Below are positions 62,641 through 64,000 of a DNA stretch of 64,000 bases, in pieces. Under the pieces are notes generated by a model. It ran no database searches, was not told where the DNA came from, and saw only the letters and a program-made list of their open reading frames with translations. The DNA is from Eledone cirrhosa. Taxonomy: Eukaryota. Position 1 is the stretch's first letter; each line of letters starts with the position of its first letter. Location of the stretch: the NCBI GenBank assembly GCA_964016885.1, contig OZ024743.1, positions 298,778,001 to 298,842,000 of the forward strand, written 5' to 3'. A program made the translations under genes and the position numbers.

Positions 62641-64000
62641 TCTATAACAACTAAAGACAATAGCAGCCATAGTAATAACCACAACAACACCTTCAACGGC
62701 AACAGACCACAACACTAACATCCTCTATAACAACTAAATACAATAGCAGCTATAGTAATAACCACAACAACACCTTCAACAGCAACATACCACAAAACTA
62801 ACATCCTCTATAACAACTAAAGACAATATCGGCAATAGTAATAACCACAACAACACGTTCAACAGCAACATACCACACCACTAACATCCTCTATAACAAC
62901 TAAATACAATAGCAGCAATAGTAATAACCACAACAACACCTTCAACAGCAACATACCACAACACTAACATCCTCTATAACAACTAAAGACAATATCGGCA
63001 ATAGTAATAACCACAACAACACCTTCAACAGCAACATACCACACCACTAACATCCTCTATAACAACTAAAGACAATACAAGCAATAGTAATAACCACAAC
63101 ACCTTCAACAGCAACATACCACAACACTAACATCCTCTACAACATCTAAAGACAATACCAGCCATAGTAATAACCAAAACAACACATTCAACAGCAACAT
63201 ACCACAACACTAATATCCTCTATATCAACTAAAGACAATACCAGCAATAGTAATAACCACAACAACACCTTCAACAGCAACATACCACAACACTAACATC
63301 CTCTATAACAACTAAAGACAATACCAGCAATAGTAATAACCACAACAACACCTTCAACAACAACATACCACAACACTAACATCCTCTATAACAACTAAAG
63401 ACAATAGCAGCAATAGTAATAACCACAACAACACCTTCAACAGCAACATACCACAACACTAACATCCTCTATAACAACTAAATACAATACCAGAAATAGT
63501 AATAAGCACAACAACACCTTCAACAGCAACATACCACAACACTAACATCCTCTATAACAACTAAAGACAATAGCAGCAATAGTAATAACCACAACAACAC
63601 CTTCAACAGCAACAGACCACAACACTAACATGCTCTATAACAACTAAAGACAATACCGGCAATAGTAATAACCACAACAACACCTTCAACAGCAACATAC
63701 CACAACACTAACATCTTCTACAACAACTAAAGACAAGACCGGCAATAGTAATAACCACAACAACACCTTCAACAGTAACATACCACACCACTAACATCCT
63801 CTATAACAACTAAAGACAATAGCAGCAATAGTAATAACCACAACAACACCTTCAACAGCAACATAACACACCACTAACATCCTCTATGACAACTAAAGAC
63901 AATACCAGCAATAGTAATAACCACAACAACACCTTCAACAGCAACATACCACACCACTAACATCCTCTATAACAACTAAAGACAATAGCAGCAATAGTAA

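Larger units (their letters stand above)
1..64000. repeat. Tandem satellite DNA array, 83-bp monomer, ~770 head-to-tail copies, runs off both window ends
   Basis: The unit ATA(G/C)C(A/G)GCAATAGTAATAACCACAACAACACCTTCAACAGCAACA(T/G)ACCACA(A/C)CACTAACATCCTCTA(T/C)AACAACTAAAGACA recurs every 83 bp (starts 1, 84, 167...). Orientation is constant. Copies usually differ by a few substitutions, and 80- and 77-bp deletion variants are interspersed. Confidence 0.99.

Noticed and set aside
1-64000. CRISPR array
   Set aside because: There are no unique spacers, because the entire 83-bp unit is repeated. There is no leader and no cas gene.
1-64000. Intact mucin or giant repetitive CDS on the plus strand
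   Set aside because: The unit length is not a multiple of 3 and TAA/TAG stops occur in all plus frames within every one to two monomers. The ORF track has no plus-strand ORF.
1-64000. Canonical telomere repeat or G-quadruplex array
   Set aside because: There are no TTAGGG, TTAGG or TTTAGGG tandem units, and the consensus has only GG doublets on the minus strand with no GGG runs.
1-64000. tRNA, 5S or other structured RNA tandem array suggested by the ~83-nt unit
   Set aside because: With 5 G against 25 C and 78% A+C the plus strand cannot form stable stems. No A/B boxes or cloverleaf are recognisable on either strand.
1-64000. Assignment to a named satellite family or a CENP-B box
   Set aside because: I do not recognise the consensus and it lacks the TTCG....A..CGGG motif. 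A database search is required.
1-64000. Variant pattern as an encoded message or programmed diversification cassette system
   Set aside because: The variant order is explained by nested tandem duplications and deletions. No recombinase, reverse transcriptase or expression site is present in the window.

Overview
The whole 64-kb window is one uninterrupted head-to-tail satellite array of about 770 copies of an 83-bp monomer (consensus ATAGCAGCAATAGTAATAACCACAACAACACCTTCAACAGCAACATACCACAACACTAACATCCTCTATAACAACTAAAGACA; 40 A, 25 C, 13 T, 5 G). I saw no unique sequence, transposon insertion, inversion, RNA gene, CRISPR spacer or credible protein-coding gene. The 24 listed 64-aa ORFs are artefacts of the GT-rich minus strand. 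Rare marker variants show nested higher-order repeats (HORs): 166-bp dimers, 329/332-bp tetramers, 744-747, 1568, 1651, 1992, about 2.6-3.0 kb, 3130 and 5768 bp periods, and a 14,290-bp long-range duplication. These fall into domains with different variant sets. The monomer is built from ACA-like triplets (27 triplets plus 2 single bases) and contains an internal ~28-30-bp duplication. The organisation is typical of a eukaryotic centromeric, pericentromeric or subtelomeric satellite, but I cannot assign the organism, family name or function from the sequence. Periods were measured by hand from marker positions, and block boundaries are approximate to about one monomer.
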